From Verrucomicrobiota bacterium (lineage in GTDB: Bacteria; Verrucomicrobiota; Verrucomicrobiia; Verrucomicrobiales; DEV007): DNA of 21,275 nucleotides. Where the stretch lies: NCBI GenBank assembly GCA_045046875.1, contig JASFYY010000117.1, forward strand, positions 1 to 21,275. The letters are read 5' to 3'. A program made the translations under genes and the position numbers. This document shows, one piece after another, positions 8,509 through 18,852 of this stretch. Every line of letters begins with the position of its first letter. Position 1 is the stretch's first letter. The notes beneath the pieces were generated by a model. That model was not told where the DNA came from and made no database searches. It saw only the letters and a list, made by a program, of their open reading frames with translations.

Positions 8509-9843
8509 ATGAGATTGCCTACTTCGCCACCAGATCTAAATGAAGCCTTTAGCACGGCTGATGGAATGTTCAAAATTATGAGAGCCGCGAATGAAGAATG
8601 CACGAGAACAGATCGCTATCTTCATTGGGATGAGTTGCGCCATCGGAAACCTCCTAAGGGACTTACAACTACGGAATGGTGGGCCGGCTTGAAAATTAGG
8701 CGTTCATCAGGTGAACAACAAATCCCGTTGGTTGATAAAAATGGGAGTGCTTTCAGTTTTTCTCTGACGCCTGGCATGTTTGAGAAGCTTCATTTAATAG
8801 ACCTAAAATGTGGAGGGTCTGTTGAGGGGCCGGAGCCTGTAACCAACCATGACACACGTGATCGATATTATATATCATCTCTCGTCGCTGAGGCTATTAC
8901 TTCCAGTCAGTTGGAAGGCGCTGCTGTAACGCGGTCTGTTGCTAAAGAGATGCTACGTACTGGCCGAAAACCAACAGACAAAAGTGAGAGGATGATTCTG
9001 AACAATTTTCTTACCATGCAGAAAATTTCTGGATGGAAAAATGAAAGACTAACTCCCAAATTAATCCTGAAGATTCATAAAATGGTGACTAGGGGGACTT
9101 TAGGAAATCCAGATCAAGAGGGGCGATTGCGTAGGGAGGATGAGGACGTAAGGGTGGAAGACGATCAAACCGGCGAGGTGATACACATGCCGCCGCACGC
9201 GAAAGAATTACAAAGTCGATTAGAAGCTATGTGTACATTTGCCAACGACAATAAAATGCAGGGGTTCCTCCACCCAGCTATTCGGTCAATCATACTGCAT
9301 TTTTGGCTGGCATATGATCATCCATTTGCAGACGGGAATGGTCGTACTGCAAGAGCGATATTTTATTGGTCGATGTTAAAACACAAATTCTGGATGTTTG
9401 AGTTTATTTCAATATCTCAGCAAATATTGGAAGCTCCTATGAAATACTATAGGGCTTTTCTTTATACTGAGACTGATAGTAATGATTTAAATTATTTTAT
9501 TTTCCATCAGCTGTCGGTAATCCAACAAGCCATAGAGAAACTACATACGTATATTCAACGGAAATCGGATCAGATTGCGGAAATGCAACAGCTAATGGGG
9601 CGTATGCAAGAGTTCAATCATCGTCAGCTAGGGTTACTGCAATATGCTTTAAGGAATCCGGATGCCATTTTCACAGTGGCAAGTCATCAAAATAGTCATC
9701 GGGTCGCCACTCAAACTGCACGCAATGATCTCATTGCCTTGGTGAAGCATGATTTACTAGCAAGTCATAAAAGAGGTAATGCTAATCTCTATCATCCAGT
9801 GAAAGATTTGCAGAACAAGTTAAAGGCTTTAAGGAGGAATTAA
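8509..9843 (+). CDS. Fic family protein (class II, N-terminal inhibitory helix) with probable C-terminal wHTH
   Basis: Canonical HPFADGNGRTAR motif. SSQLEG fits the (S/T)xxxE(G/N) inhibitory motif. The C-terminal HRVATQTARNDLIALVKHDLL resembles a wHTH recognition helix. Confidence 0.95.
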   Translation: MRLPTSPPDLNEAFSTADGMFKIMRAANEECTRTDRYLHWDELRHRKPPKGLTTTEWWAGLKIRRSSGEQQIPLVDKNGSAFSFSLTPGMFEKLHLIDLKCGGSVEGPEPVTNHDTRDRYYISSLVAEAITSSQLEGAAVTRSVAKEMLRTGRKPTDKSERMILNNFLTMQKISGWKNERLTPKLILKIHKMVTRGTLGNPDQEGRLRREDEDVRVEDDQTGEVIHMPPHAKELQSRLEAMCTFANDNKMQGFLHPAIRSIILHFWLAYDHPFADGNGRTARAIFYWSMLKHKFWMFEFISISQQILEAPMKYYRAFLYTETDSNDLNYFIFHQLSVIQQAIEKLHTYIQRKSDQIAEMQQLMGRMQEFNHRQLGLLQYALRNPDAIFTVASHQNSHRVATQTARNDLIALVKHDLLASHKRGNANLYHPVKDLQNKLKALRRN

Positions 9844-9966
9844 TAGAGATTACAACCCTGCGTGAAAGGCATGTTTCAATTCACAAAAAGTTTTTTCTGC
9901 TACGTTCCATCAAACCCTTCCTGAAGAGCCTGAAGAGGAGTCAGTTGATCCTTCGGCTCGAACTGC

Positions 9967-10015
9967 GTTCTCATCCTTTCATTGGCTCCCCCTGAGGGGG
10001 GGAGAAAGTGGTCGG
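9967..10015. repeat. Direct repeat copy 2, overlapping the tRNA-Pro 3' end; contains the hairpin CTCCCCC/GGGGGAG
   Basis: 48/49 identical to 8362-8410. Confidence 0.95.
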
Positions 10016-10086
10016 GGCGAAAGGATTCGAACCTTCGGCCTCCTGGTCCCAAACCAGGCACTCTAACCAAGCTGAGCTACGCCCCG
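10009..10086 (-). tRNA. tRNA-Pro (anticodon TGG)
   Basis: The reverse complement CGGGGCGTAGCTCAGCTTGGTTAGAGTGCCTGGTTTGGGACCAGGAGGCCGAAGGTTCGAATCCTTTCGCCCCGACCA folds as a cloverleaf. Anticodon arm CCTGG-TTTGGGA-CCAGG, T-loop TTCGAAT, encoded CCA. Confidence 0.98.
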
Positions 10087-10216
10087 AACCGTCCGTTTTC
10101 ATCCGGGCAATTGATTTCTCAATGCCAGATCAACGACGGGAGCTGACATTGGCCGCAATCGGGGTAAGTTTCAAGTGACTTTATTCATATCGGGCAAAAG
10201 ATCTCAAAAAGTCCTA

Positions 10217-10948
10217 TTACAGTGTCTTTTTCAAAAGGGCGATATCTTCCGCCGACAAGTCATTAAATGAGCGTTCAAGCTTGACCCCATCGTCGCCAAC
10301 GAAGATCCCGGTGGCTCCTTTGGCCTCCAGTAAAGCCGCTTTCATCTTCTTGCCGTTTTTGAAAGTCCAGGTGCGTTTTTTGATCAAAAAAAGCGGATCC
10401 TGGCCCATATTGGCGATCTCTTTACCGATTGGCCCATCGACGATGTGATCGTCCTTGGCCATTTTGGCCAATATTTTACGGATTTTTGCCGTATCTTTTT
10501 CGAAACCCGCCTTGGCGCGAGCCAACTGAACCAGCGTGCGGTAAGTCGAAGGATCCGTGCCTGAGGCCGAGGCCACCAGGCCGCCCTCCGCGTCGGTTAC
10601 TGCAGCCAAGGGGGCTTTTTCCGGATCGAGTTTGAATTTGTCCTTAAATATAGCGCGATGGGCGCTCTGACTGGTTTTACAGCGTACAATGACAAACTCC
10701 TTTTCTGATAATACCATGTCTTCCGCCATGATTTTTTCCACGGTTTCGGATTCTTCGGACAGATTTTTCAGCAAAACAAAAAACAGATACTTTTTGCCTT
10801 CCTTGGCGGCAGCGATCGCGGGTTTGATTTGGGTGAAGCTTTGCGGAGCAGATCGGCCCGGGCTGGTGATAAAAACGAGGCACAGAGCCAGGCTAAGGGG
10901 GCAATGTTTGAGCCATGGACGGCAGGCGGGCGGGCGGGACTTTCTCAT
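10217..10948 (-). CDS. Exported protein: thioredoxin-like fold (no CxxC) plus C-terminal SHD1 (SLA1 homology domain 1)-like domain
   Basis: Signal peptide. AIAAAKEGKKYLFF and APLAAVTDAEG fit a thioredoxin_7-like pattern. RTWTFKNGKKMKAALL...FNDLSAEDIALL fits the SHD1 pattern. Confidence 0.7.
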   Translation of the reverse strand: MRKSRPPACRPWLKHCPLSLALCLVFITSPGRSAPQSFTQIKPAIAAAKEGKKYLFFVLLKNLSEESETVEKIMAEDMVLSEKEFVIVRCKTSQSAHRAIFKDKFKLDPEKAPLAAVTDAEGGLVASASGTDPSTYRTLVQLARAKAGFEKDTAKIRKILAKMAKDDHIVDGPIGKEIANMGQDPLFLIKKRTWTFKNGKKMKAALLEAKGATGIFVGDDGVKLERSFNDLSAEDIALLKKTL

Positions 10949-11055
10949 AGAGTGGTGGGGTGAAATGATTTTAGATTATTGAATCTATCGTGACAGGGGG
11001 AGATCTGCAAGCGGCGGACAAAAAAGTCCGCGTTCCTGTAAGCTGCGCTTGTCAG

Positions 11056-11084
11056 TTGACCGCTGCATCCGCTCGCGCTAATAA
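11056..11084 (+). promoter_or_regulatory. Candidate sigma70 promoter for the enolase-family/gntK pair
   Basis: TTGACC-N17-TAATAA ends 8 nt before ATG 11093, which would imply a very short leader. Confidence 0.35.
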
Positions 11085-11092
11085 GAGGCATC

Positions 11093-12490
11093 ATGACTCC
11101 AGATCAATCCGCGATAAAAATCACCGACGTCTCTCTTTATTTCATTCCTGTGAAAATGAGAGTGCCCCTGAAATTCGGCAACCAGGTGATGGATTCCGTG
11201 ACCTGTGCCCGGGCTAAAGTCACGGTCGAGGGTAAGGATGGCAAAACCGCAGTGGGTTGGGGCGAAACTCCAGTGGCTGTCGGTTGGGCCTGGCCGGCAC
11301 CGATTGATTATGAAGAGCGCCACACCGCGATGAAGGATTTCACCGTAGCTGCCGGGCGCGCTTTTGCTGAGTTCAAAGAGGAAGGGCATGCTTTTGACAT
11401 CGGCCATACTTTTATCAATCAGCAATTGGAGAAATTGCGCAGCGAGTTCAATGCGGGAAAATCCGAAGAAGAAGCTTTGCCGCATCTCGCCGCCCTGATT
11501 TGTTTTTCCCTTTTTGACATCGCCACCCACGACGCTTTTGGCAACCTGCACCAGGTTCCGGTTTACGATACTTACAACGCCGATTGGATGCCGCATGATT
11601 TGTCGCATTATCTCGAAGCAGCAGAAGGCAGCGATGTCAGCTTTGACGGACTTTACCCGGCAGACTTTTTTGTCCCGCAAGCTGCGAGCCAATTGCCAGT
11701 GTGGCATCTGGTCGGAGGCCTTGACCCTATCGACGATAGTGAGCTGACCGGAGAAGAGCCCGACGACGGTTATCCGGTTTTGTTGCGCGATTGGATTAAG
11801 CGCGATGGTTTGAACTGTCTGAAAATCAAACTGCGCGGCAACGACCGCGATTGGGATTATTCCCGCTTGCTCAGAATAGGTGAAATCGCGATCGAAGAAA
11901 ACGCCGATTGGCTGACCACCGACTTCAACTGCACGGTCACTGATCCCGATTACGTCAACGGCATCCTTGATCAATTGCGCGACGAGGCCGCAGCGGTTTA
12001 TCAGCGTATCCTCTATGTTGAACAACCTTTTCCCTATGACATGGAAGCCAACCGCATCGACGTGCACAGCGTCAGCGCACGGCAGCCGTTGTTCATGGAC
12101 GAAAGCGCCCACGATTGGCATTATGTCCGTCTCGGACGCGAACTCGGTTGGACCGGGGTGGCGCTGAAAACCTGCAAAACCCAAACCGGCGCATTGCTGA
12201 GTTTGTGCTGGGCCAAGGCTCACGGCATGACTTTGATGGTTCAGGATTTGACCAACCCGATGCTCGCCCAGGTGCCGCATGTGCTGCTCGCCGCGAACGC
12301 GGGAACCATCATGGGAGTGGAATGCAACGGCATGCAGTTTTACCCCGACGCCTCATTACCCGAAGCCGAGGTGCATCCCAATCTGTATCAACGCCGCGAA
12401 GGGGTGTTGGATCTTTCTACGCTCAGTGGCAGTGGTTTTGGATACCGCTTGGATGAAATCACGCGTGAGCTTCCCGAGCCAGCGATTTGA
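11093..12490 (+). CDS. Enolase superfamily (mandelate racemase/muconate lactonizing-like) enzyme
   Basis: N-terminal capping domain (PLKFG, GWGE). KIKLRG (KxK). Metal ligands in TTDFN, YVEQP and MDES. Second Lys in ALKTCK. Confidence 0.88.
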   Translation: MTPDQSAIKITDVSLYFIPVKMRVPLKFGNQVMDSVTCARAKVTVEGKDGKTAVGWGETPVAVGWAWPAPIDYEERHTAMKDFTVAAGRAFAEFKEEGHAFDIGHTFINQQLEKLRSEFNAGKSEEEALPHLAALICFSLFDIATHDAFGNLHQVPVYDTYNADWMPHDLSHYLEAAEGSDVSFDGLYPADFFVPQAASQLPVWHLVGGLDPIDDSELTGEEPDDGYPVLLRDWIKRDGLNCLKIKLRGNDRDWDYSRLLRIGEIAIEENADWLTTDFNCTVTDPDYVNGILDQLRDEAAAVYQRILYVEQPFPYDMEANRIDVHSVSARQPLFMDESAHDWHYVRLGRELGWTGVALKTCKTQTGALLSLCWAKAHGMTLMVQDLTNPMLAQVPHVLLAANAGTIMGVECNGMQFYPDASLPEAEVHPNLYQRREGVLDLSTLSGSGFGYRLDEITRELPEPAI

Positions 12491-12511
12491 GCTAACCAGA
12501 TAGTAGTAGCC

Positions 12512-13057
12512 ATGGAGACTCCAGATCCAGCAGAACTAGAGGGGGAATCCCTGCCCGGCGTGGCTAGGGATCCGATCTATCTGATGGGGGTGTCCGGCTG
12601 CGGCAAAAGTGTCATTGGCAGGGAGTTGGCCACACAGCTGTGCGGCACATTTCTTGACGGCGACGATCTGCATCCAGCTGCGAACAAAGAAAAAATGAAG
12701 CAGGGTTTGGCGCTCAATGATGTTGATCGCCTGCCCTGGTTTGATTTGATTAAGCAGAATATCCTCGATACAAAAAACAAGCCGGTGGTGATGGCCTGTT
12801 CTGCCTTAAAACGGAACTATCGCGCTCTTTTGCGCCAAGGTTTTGAAAACGCGGCATTTGTTTATCTGGAAGGGGACTTTGATCTGATCATGAGCCGGAT
12901 CAAAAAGCGTGATCACGAATACATGCCGGTCGACTTGTTGCGCAGCCAATTTGATACGCTCGAAGTGCCAACAGCCGATGAAAAAGTCATCAAGGTTAAT
13001 ATTGATAATAGTGTGGTTGGGATCGTTGCTGAAATTTGCCAGCAACTGAGTGACTGA
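12512..13057 (+). CDS. gntK: Gluconokinase (GntK/IdnK family)
   Basis: LMGVSGCGKS P-loop, DGDDLHPAANKEKM, LNDVDRLPW, ACSALKRNYR, LLRSQFDTLE. Confidence 0.93.
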   Translation: METPDPAELEGESLPGVARDPIYLMGVSGCGKSVIGRELATQLCGTFLDGDDLHPAANKEKMKQGLALNDVDRLPWFDLIKQNILDTKNKPVVMACSALKRNYRALLRQGFENAAFVYLEGDFDLIMSRIKKRDHEYMPVDLLRSQFDTLEVPTADEKVIKVNIDNSVVGIVAEICQQLSD

Positions 13058-13121
13058 TCGAGCATATAGAATTCTGGTTAGCCGATCATTCTATGGGGTG
13101 CTTTTTGACGGAGAAATAAAA

Positions 13122-13150
13122 TCACTGAGGGTCACTGATATTCACTGATG
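13122..13150. repeat. Three TCACTGA units at a 10-bp period between convergent genes
   Basis: TCACTGA at 13122, 13132 and 13142; same core as the units at 7876-7911. Confidence 0.6.
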
Positions 13151-13158
13151 AAGTGGTA

Positions 13159-14589
13159 TCAGGCGACGATCTCTTCGATCGCTTCGCCGAAGTCCATGTC
13201 GATACGCTTTTGTCCGGGCACTTCGAGCTTGCGTGCATCGAGGCCTAGTTGCTGCATGATGGTGGCATGTACGTCGGTGACATAATGTGGATGCTCAGTG
13301 GCATGAAAACCCAGTTCATCCGTCGCGCCGTGTACCACGCCGCCTTTGATCCCGCCACCCGCCATCCACACACTGAAGCCAAAGGGATGATGATCCCGGC
13401 CATCGGAGCCTTGTGATCCCGGTGAACGTCCGAACTCGGTGGCAAAAACCACAATCGTTTCATCGAGCAGGCCGCGTTGCTTGAGATCCTTGATCAGACC
13501 GGCCACCGGTCGATCCACTTGCATCGCCAGCTCACTGTGTTTGGCTTTTAACTTCGAATGTTGATCCCAGGAGCCGGCGGCTCCGGTGCCATGCATGATC
13601 TGGATGAAGCGGGTGCCTTTTTCGACAAAACGCCGAGCCGCCAACAGCTGTTCGCCAAAGGGTTTGGTTTCTTTTTGATCCAGACCATAGAGCTTTTTGG
13701 TGGCGGCGGATTCACTATCAAAATTGATCACTTCCGGCACCGCGGTCTGCATCCGGTAGGCCAGTTCGTAGGATTTGATCCGCGCTTCGAGTACCGGATC
13801 ATGGGGAAATTTTTTGCTGTTGAGACGATTGAGTTTATTAACCAGAGCAAAACCCAGGCGCTGCTCGCGTTCCGTGATTTTTTCCTCAGGTTGGGCAAAA
13901 GCCAGCGGATTTTTGGGATCCACTTTCAAGGTCACCGCGTCGTGAGACGGGCCGAGGTAATGCCCGTCACGCACATCGAAAAAACGTGAACCCATGGTGA
14001 TGAATTGTGGCAGGCTGTCGTTGAGCGATCCCAATCCGTAGTGAACCCACGCCCCGATGGTCGGCACCCGGGGATCGAGCATGTGGCGTCCGGAAAAAAA
14101 CTGAACCTGGGCCCCATGGTTATTATCGGTCGTCCACATCGAACGAATGATGGAGATGTCATCCGCGCAGGATCCGATATGTGGAAACCAATCACTGATG
14201 CGCGCCCCGCTTTGACCGTATCTCTTGGAGCCGACCTGCAGCGGATAGATTTTGGTGCGTTGTTTGCCATTGGCGTCATTGACCACCACCACTCGCAAGT
14301 CCTTGAATTTTTCCGGATCGAGCACATGGGCGTAGGGTGTTTCTTCGATCGATTTGCCTGCGTATTTGGTCAGCTCGGGTTTTGGGTCAAAGCTCTCCAT
14401 GTGGCTCAGTCCTCCGCGCATGAACAGAAAAATCACCGATTTGGCTTTGGGCGATTGGTAGGGCAGACCCGAGGGGTTGGTCTTGTTCTCGGCCTGCAGC
14501 AAACTTTGCAAGGCGATGTTGCCAAAACCAAAACCTCCATACTGGAGTAATTGGCGGCGACTCAGGGCAGTAGTGATATCAGAACTCAT
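13159..14589 (-). CDS. DUF1501 domain protein (Tat-type signal)
   Basis: SRRQLL twin-Arg; [65 protein letters not shown]. Start set at ATG 14589. Confidence 0.93.
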   Translation of the reverse strand: MSSDITTALSRRQLLQYGGFGFGNIALQSLLQAENKTNPSGLPYQSPKAKSVIFLFMRGGLSHMESFDPKPELTKYAGKSIEETPYAHVLDPEKFKDLRVVVVNDANGKQRTKIYPLQVGSKRYGQSGARISDWFPHIGSCADDISIIRSMWTTDNNHGAQVQFFSGRHMLDPRVPTIGAWVHYGLGSLNDSLPQFITMGSRFFDVRDGHYLGPSHDAVTLKVDPKNPLAFAQPEEKITEREQRLGFALVNKLNRLNSKKFPHDPVLEARIKSYELAYRMQTAVPEVINFDSESAATKKLYGLDQKETKPFGEQLLAARRFVEKGTRFIQIMHGTGAAGSWDQHSKLKAKHSELAMQVDRPVAGLIKDLKQRGLLDETIVVFATEFGRSPGSQGSDGRDHHPFGFSVWMAGGGIKGGVVHGATDELGFHATEHPHYVTDVHATIMQQLGLDARKLEVPGQKRIDMDFGEAIEEIVA

Positions 14590-14642
14590 GGTTTTAGGGG
14601 GGGAGGGCGGGCGTTTCGCCTGCCCGGTTTTCACATTAAAAA

Positions 14643-17600
14643 TCAGCGTATATTAATAAAGTCGTTATGATTAAACAAAGCATGCACCAGACGGATACGG
14701 CTTTCCGCTTGGGTGGACTTTGCTTGTAGCTCGTCAATAAATTCGACACAGGCAGCCAGTTCCTCAGCATCCGGTTTGCGATTCAGAATGTGTTCAAAAA
14801 CCTGTTCACTGAACGCACTCTCCTCTTGCTGTTGATAAAACAAGCCATAGACCCGTTTGCTCATTCGAATCGACAGCGCACTGTTTGACAGCGCCAGCGC
14901 CTGTTGTGGCACGATGCTCTGACTGCGACGGTAACAAGCGAGGATGTCCGCATCATCAAACCGTGATAACAGCGGGCCTTTGTGATCCCGGTCATGGAGA
15001 AAATAAATACTGCGCCGCCGGGCATTCTGTGAGGGTTTGATCGACGGGCCACCCATTTTTTTATCCAGCTCTCCCGCCAGATGAACCATCGAATCGCGGA
15101 TCACTTCCGACTCCATTCGCCGGGCATTCATCCGCCAGTAGAAGACATTATTCCCATCCTTGGCCAGGGTGGCGGCATCCGCATTTAAGTTAGAGGAACT
15201 TCTTCGCCAGGTTTTTGATGTCACGATCAAGTGATGCAAATGTTTCATGCTCCAGCCGGATTCCATCAGCTCGGCGGCGAGGTAATCCAGCAGCTCGATG
15301 TGCTCGGGCAGTGGCGCGCGCAAACCAAAGTCAAACACCGATTCCACCAGAGGCTCACCAAAATGGCGCATCCAGATGTGGTTGGCCGCCACTCGTGCGG
15401 TGAGCGGATTTTCACGCGAAGTCATCCACTGGGCGAGCGCCAGGCGGCGGCCGGTGCTGCTGCGCGAGTAGGTGGCAGCATATTGAGGCTCTTTGTGTTC
15501 GGGGGTTTCCAGTGCCTTGAAGCTGCCGCGTAAAGACTGATATTTGGCATCCGTTTTTTTGAGATTGCTCTGCGCCGTTTTAAGAGTTTTCTGCGCTGCT
15601 TTTAACTTGCCTGCTTCCGCGGTGAGCACTGCCAGCTCGGCCTGCACCACTGCATACTCACGTTCGAGTCGCGCTGCATTGAGCGCCGGTTTATTTTTCT
15701 TGTTTGGCTTTTCACCCAACAGCGTTGTTTTGTCGGCAGCGATTCTGGCTTCGAGCAGTTGCAGTGCTAATTGCGCTTCTTTCAGCTTAGCCGCCGTGAG
15801 TTTGATCTGTTCAGCCGGATCCATGGCGGGTGCTTTTTTAGCCGCCGTGCCAGATTTTTTCAACTCAAGCCCTTTATCCAAGGGCTGCAGAGCTATCGAA
15901 TCAAATTCAGCTGTGGCATCAAAGGCAAACAGCTCAATACCGCCGTTGGCATTGCGATTGGGCAAGTGGTAGGCGAGCAAAAACTTTCCGTTGAGCGATA
16001 CATTGATCAAACTCCCACGCACCTGCACCCGCAATTTGTAGTCCTCGTTGACCTTTACCGGATAGGAGATTCGCGCATTCGGGTAGGAGGTTTTGCTGTT
16101 ATGAGTGTGGGAAATCTGCACCTTGGGGCCTTTTTCATGCGCACTGGCATAAACCGTGTGAGAATTTTTCCCGTCATCCGTCACATCAAAACGAATGCCC
16201 ACCGATTTGTAGGTGGCGCCGCCGGTGGTGCGGAAATCGAGTGTCAGGTCAAAATCGGCAGGGTGAGGTTTTTTAGAACGCACATATTGCTGATCCCTGG
16301 ACGACATCGTCTGGATCAGGATGCCGCCGTTGTAGCTCCATCCATTGCCAACCACATCCCACAGTTCCGGGCGCGCCCGGTCGAAATTATCCTGAAGAAA
16401 TGAACCTTGCTCTTTCCCTGTGACGTTTATTTGGGACACCGTGTTTTTATCACTTTTAACTCCTGCCGTCGCCGACTGCCTGGCTTTGGTCAGAGCTTTT
16501 TGCGCCGCATCCAATTTGGCACGAGCTGCAGCCAGTTGATCCTGTTGCACATAATCACGAGCACCGGGCGCCCAGGCGTAGGCTGGCAAGTTTACCTTTT
16601 TTGCTGCCGGAGCAAAACTGGCCAGTATCAAGGGCACACCTGCACTGATCTTTATTTTTTTATCGGGGGTGGCTGGGTTGCCACGGATATGCAGCAAGGT
16701 TTTGGCATCCGGATCAGCATCAAAAGCGCGCGGCAGTCCGTCTTTTTCGAAATCGGTTTCACCGGCGATCGCATCAAGGCGAATCTGATGGGGTTCGAAG
16801 ATAGCACGGAAGCGGTAATAGTCCGTCTGTTCAAGCGGGTCGTATTTGTGGTCGTGGCATTTGACACAATTCATCGTCAGACCCAGAAAAGCCTTGCTGG
16901 TATGCTCGACCGTGTCGTCGAGCCAGGTGGTGCGATTGAAGAGGTAATAGTTACGCGCCAAAAACCCGGTGCCGGCCACCACTTCGGGATTGTCGGGTTC
17001 CAACTCGTCACCCGCCAGCATTTCAGTCAACATGCGGTCATAACCTTTATCATGATTCACCGAGTCGATGATCCAATCACGCCAATGCCATAGATGTTTT
17101 TGGCTGTTGCGCACTTGTTTGCCAAGCCCGTACCAGTCCGAATAGCGCCACACGTCCATCCAATGTCGTCCCCAGCGCTCGCCGTAGTGTGGACTCGCCA
17201 GCAGTTCCTTCACAATCGATTCAAAAGGTGCGGTACTGGCGGCTTGCTCGCGTGTGGGTGGCAGTCCAATCAAATCCAAATAGAGCCGTCGAATCAGCAG
17301 CGAGCGCGGAGCTTGAGCCTGGGGTTTCAGGCCGAGCTGCGCTTGTTTGACTGCCAGCAGAACATCGATGGCATTGTCATTTTTGTCATGCGGTGGCAGA
17401 ACAGGGCGTTCAATGCGTTGGAATGCCCAGTGAGAAGCCGGGTCATCCTCTGGTTTTTCATCTGCTGGCACCGGCATGCCCGCTGCGATCCATTCGCGGA
17501 TCGCCTCGATTTCCTCAGCGTGCAAGGGCGGCCCTTCTTGCGGCATGCGTTCTTCCGCATCGGCAGCTGTCAGGCGTTTGATCAGCTCGCCACTTTTGAC

Positions 17601-17864
17601 GATGCCCGCGTCGATGATCTGCTGTGCGGTATCAATGCGCAGATCCTTTTTCTGCTTGAGCGCGCCATGACAGGCGTAACAACGTTCCTTCAGCACCGGC
17701 TTGACTTTTTCAAGGTATGTCTTCGTTTTGTCATTTTTAGCTGCGGAACTTTCCGTTCCAACATTCGCAGCCTGGGTTTGCAGACAAGCGTAGCTAGATA
17801 AGCTTAATATAATAAGAAGTTTTATGGAAGGCTTGTATTTCATGGGGGAAATGTTTTTTGCCAC
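14643..17864 (-). CDS. PSD1 and planctomycete cytochrome c domain protein (PSCyt1 + DUF1549 + DUF1553) with inserted DUF1080/lectin-like beta-sandwich
   Basis: Heme motifs CYACH and [65 protein letters not shown]. The start may instead be ATG 17843. Confidence 0.93.
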   Translation of the reverse strand: MAKNISPMKYKPSIKLLIILSLSSYACLQTQAANVGTESSAAKNDKTKTYLEKVKPVLKERCYACHGALKQKKDLRIDTAQQIIDAGIVKSGELIKRLTAADAEERMPQEGPPLHAEEIEAIREWIAAGMPVPADEKPEDDPASHWAFQRIERPVLPPHDKNDNAIDVLLAVKQAQLGLKPQAQAPRSLLIRRLYLDLIGLPPTREQAASTAPFESIVKELLASPHYGERWGRHWMDVWRYSDWYGLGKQVRNSQKHLWHWRDWIIDSVNHDKGYDRMLTEMLAGDELEPDNPEVVAGTGFLARNYYLFNRTTWLDDTVEHTSKAFLGLTMNCVKCHDHKYDPLEQTDYYRFRAIFEPHQIRLDAIAGETDFEKDGLPRAFDADPDAKTLLHIRGNPATPDKKIKISAGVPLILASFAPAAKKVNLPAYAWAPGARDYVQQDQLAAARAKLDAAQKALTKARQSATAGVKSDKNTVSQINVTGKEQGSFLQDNFDRARPELWDVVGNGWSYNGGILIQTMSSRDQQYVRSKKPHPADFDLTLDFRTTGGATYKSVGIRFDVTDDGKNSHTVYASAHEKGPKVQISHTHNSKTSYPNARISYPVKVNEDYKLRVQVRGSLINVSLNGKFLLAYHLPNRNANGGIELFAFDATAEFDSIALQPLDKGLELKKSGTAAKKAPAMDPAEQIKLTAAKLKEAQLALQLLEARIAADKTTLLGEKPNKKNKPALNAARLEREYAVVQAELAVLTAEAGKLKAAQKTLKTAQSNLKKTDAKYQSLRGSFKALETPEHKEPQYAATYSRSSTGRRLALAQWMTSRENPLTARVAANHIWMRHFGEPLVESVFDFGLRAPLPEHIELLDYLAAELMESGWSMKHLHHLIVTSKTWRRSSSNLNADAATLAKDGNNVFYWRMNARRMESEVIRDSMVHLAGELDKKMGGPSIKPSQNARRRSIYFLHDRDHKGPLLSRFDDADILACYRRSQSIVPQQALALSNSALSIRMSKRVYGLFYQQQEESAFSEQVFEHILNRKPDAEELAACVEFIDELQAKSTQAESRIRLVHALFNHNDFINIR

Positions 17865-17867
17865 GGT

Positions 17868-18725
17868 TCAGATTTTATTCAAAACCGGATGATTAAAACG
17901 GATGTGTCGGGACAAAGCCTTGCGCGCCGCTTGCCATTCTTGCTTTAACAAAGCGGTCAGGATTTTACGGTGATCGTGTGCTGTCTCCAATGCGGCATCG
18001 CGGTCTTTGGCTTCCTTTTTGAAGATCATCGAAAAGTAGCTGCCGTGGCGTTCGAAAAAATCCCTGATGTAAAAGTTATCCGCTTTGTCGATGAAATAAA
18101 CATGCAACGAATTATCAATCATAGGCTCATCCTGAGGGGTTGATGGCACACGATTGTGATCGAGCATCTGCTGCAGATCTTTTTCCACCAGTTGGGGAAT
18201 CGCCAGTTCCAGTGCTTTGAGCTCGAGCGCTTCGCGTGCATCACTGAAAGCATCGAGATCTTCCTGACAGAAAACTCGCAGTCGCCAGCCGCGCCGCGGA
18301 ATGTGATCCAGGATGCCGGTGCCCGCCAGGCGATGAAAAATATTGCGCACCGCCGAACGGCTGAGCCCGTATTTTTCCGCCGTAGCTTCCTCGCGCAAAT
18401 AAACGGCTTCACCTTTTAAGCTCAGATCAATCAGATCGCTGGAGATCAAAGCATAAGAATCCCGCGCTCGTGTGGGTAAGGACGTTTTGCCCGGCTTGAC
18501 TGCCGCGCCATTTTTACCAGGCGTTGCACGGGCCAGACGACCGTTGGAATTTTTGATCAATAAACCCTGCAGGGTTAATTGCTCCACCGCCGTGCGCACT
18601 GGGGTGAAGCTGACCTCATAATGCCGCGCCAGTGCGTTGATGGTCAAAGCTACCGGCAATTCTTGCCCTGCTTGAAGCCGCGCGGCCAAATCTTCATTGA
18701 TGTATGTCGCGATGCTGATAAACAC
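17868..18725 (-). CDS. GntR family regulator with two tandem wHTH domains and an FCD domain
   Basis: HTH1 LARHYEVSFTPVRTAVEQL; HTH2 EEATAEKYGLSRSAVRNIFHRL...PRRGW; FCD AREALE, DNSLH, DHRKIL, LSRHI. Confidence 0.9.
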   Translation of the reverse strand: MFISIATYINEDLAARLQAGQELPVALTINALARHYEVSFTPVRTAVEQLTLQGLLIKNSNGRLARATPGKNGAAVKPGKTSLPTRARDSYALISSDLIDLSLKGEAVYLREEATAEKYGLSRSAVRNIFHRLAGTGILDHIPRRGWRLRVFCQEDLDAFSDAREALELKALELAIPQLVEKDLQQMLDHNRVPSTPQDEPMIDNSLHVYFIDKADNFYIRDFFERHGSYFSMIFKKEAKDRDAALETAHDHRKILTALLKQEWQAARKALSRHIRFNHPVLNKI

Positions 18726-18736
18726 TTCTATTTGCC

Positions 18737-18748
18737 TTTGGCGACAAA
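18737..18748. promoter_or_regulatory. Possible GntR autoregulatory operator
   Basis: Near-palindrome TTTGGCGACAAA (TTTGTCGCCAAA on the minus strand), 11 nt upstream of the gntR GTG. Confidence 0.35.
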
Positions 18749-18852
18749 AGCAAATTATTTAATTTCGGTTTGCTCAAAGGCTTTTCAGCCTGTTATCAGG
18801 GAAAAAGGCCAAAAAGAAGATTTTTCTTGCCATAACAAGGGGAATTGTAAAA

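Larger units (their letters stand above)
8362..10015. mobile_element. Minimal genomic islet (fic only) at the tRNA-Pro 3' end
   Basis: 49-bp direct repeats overlap the tRNA CCA end. The interior is visibly more AT-rich than the flanking genes. No recombinase gene lies inside. Confidence 0.75.

Noticed and set aside
11078..12280. 400-aa minus-strand ORF
   Set aside because: Antisense shadow of the enolase-family gene; no recognisable motifs.
14605..14625. Intrinsic terminator between the PSD1 and DUF1501 genes
   Set aside because: The hairpin is real but lacks a U-tract on the coding (minus) strand; at most a stability or processing element.
13245..18419. Numerous 60-235 aa alternative-frame and antisense ORFs
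   Set aside because: Fully nested in well-supported long genes, with no independent motifs.
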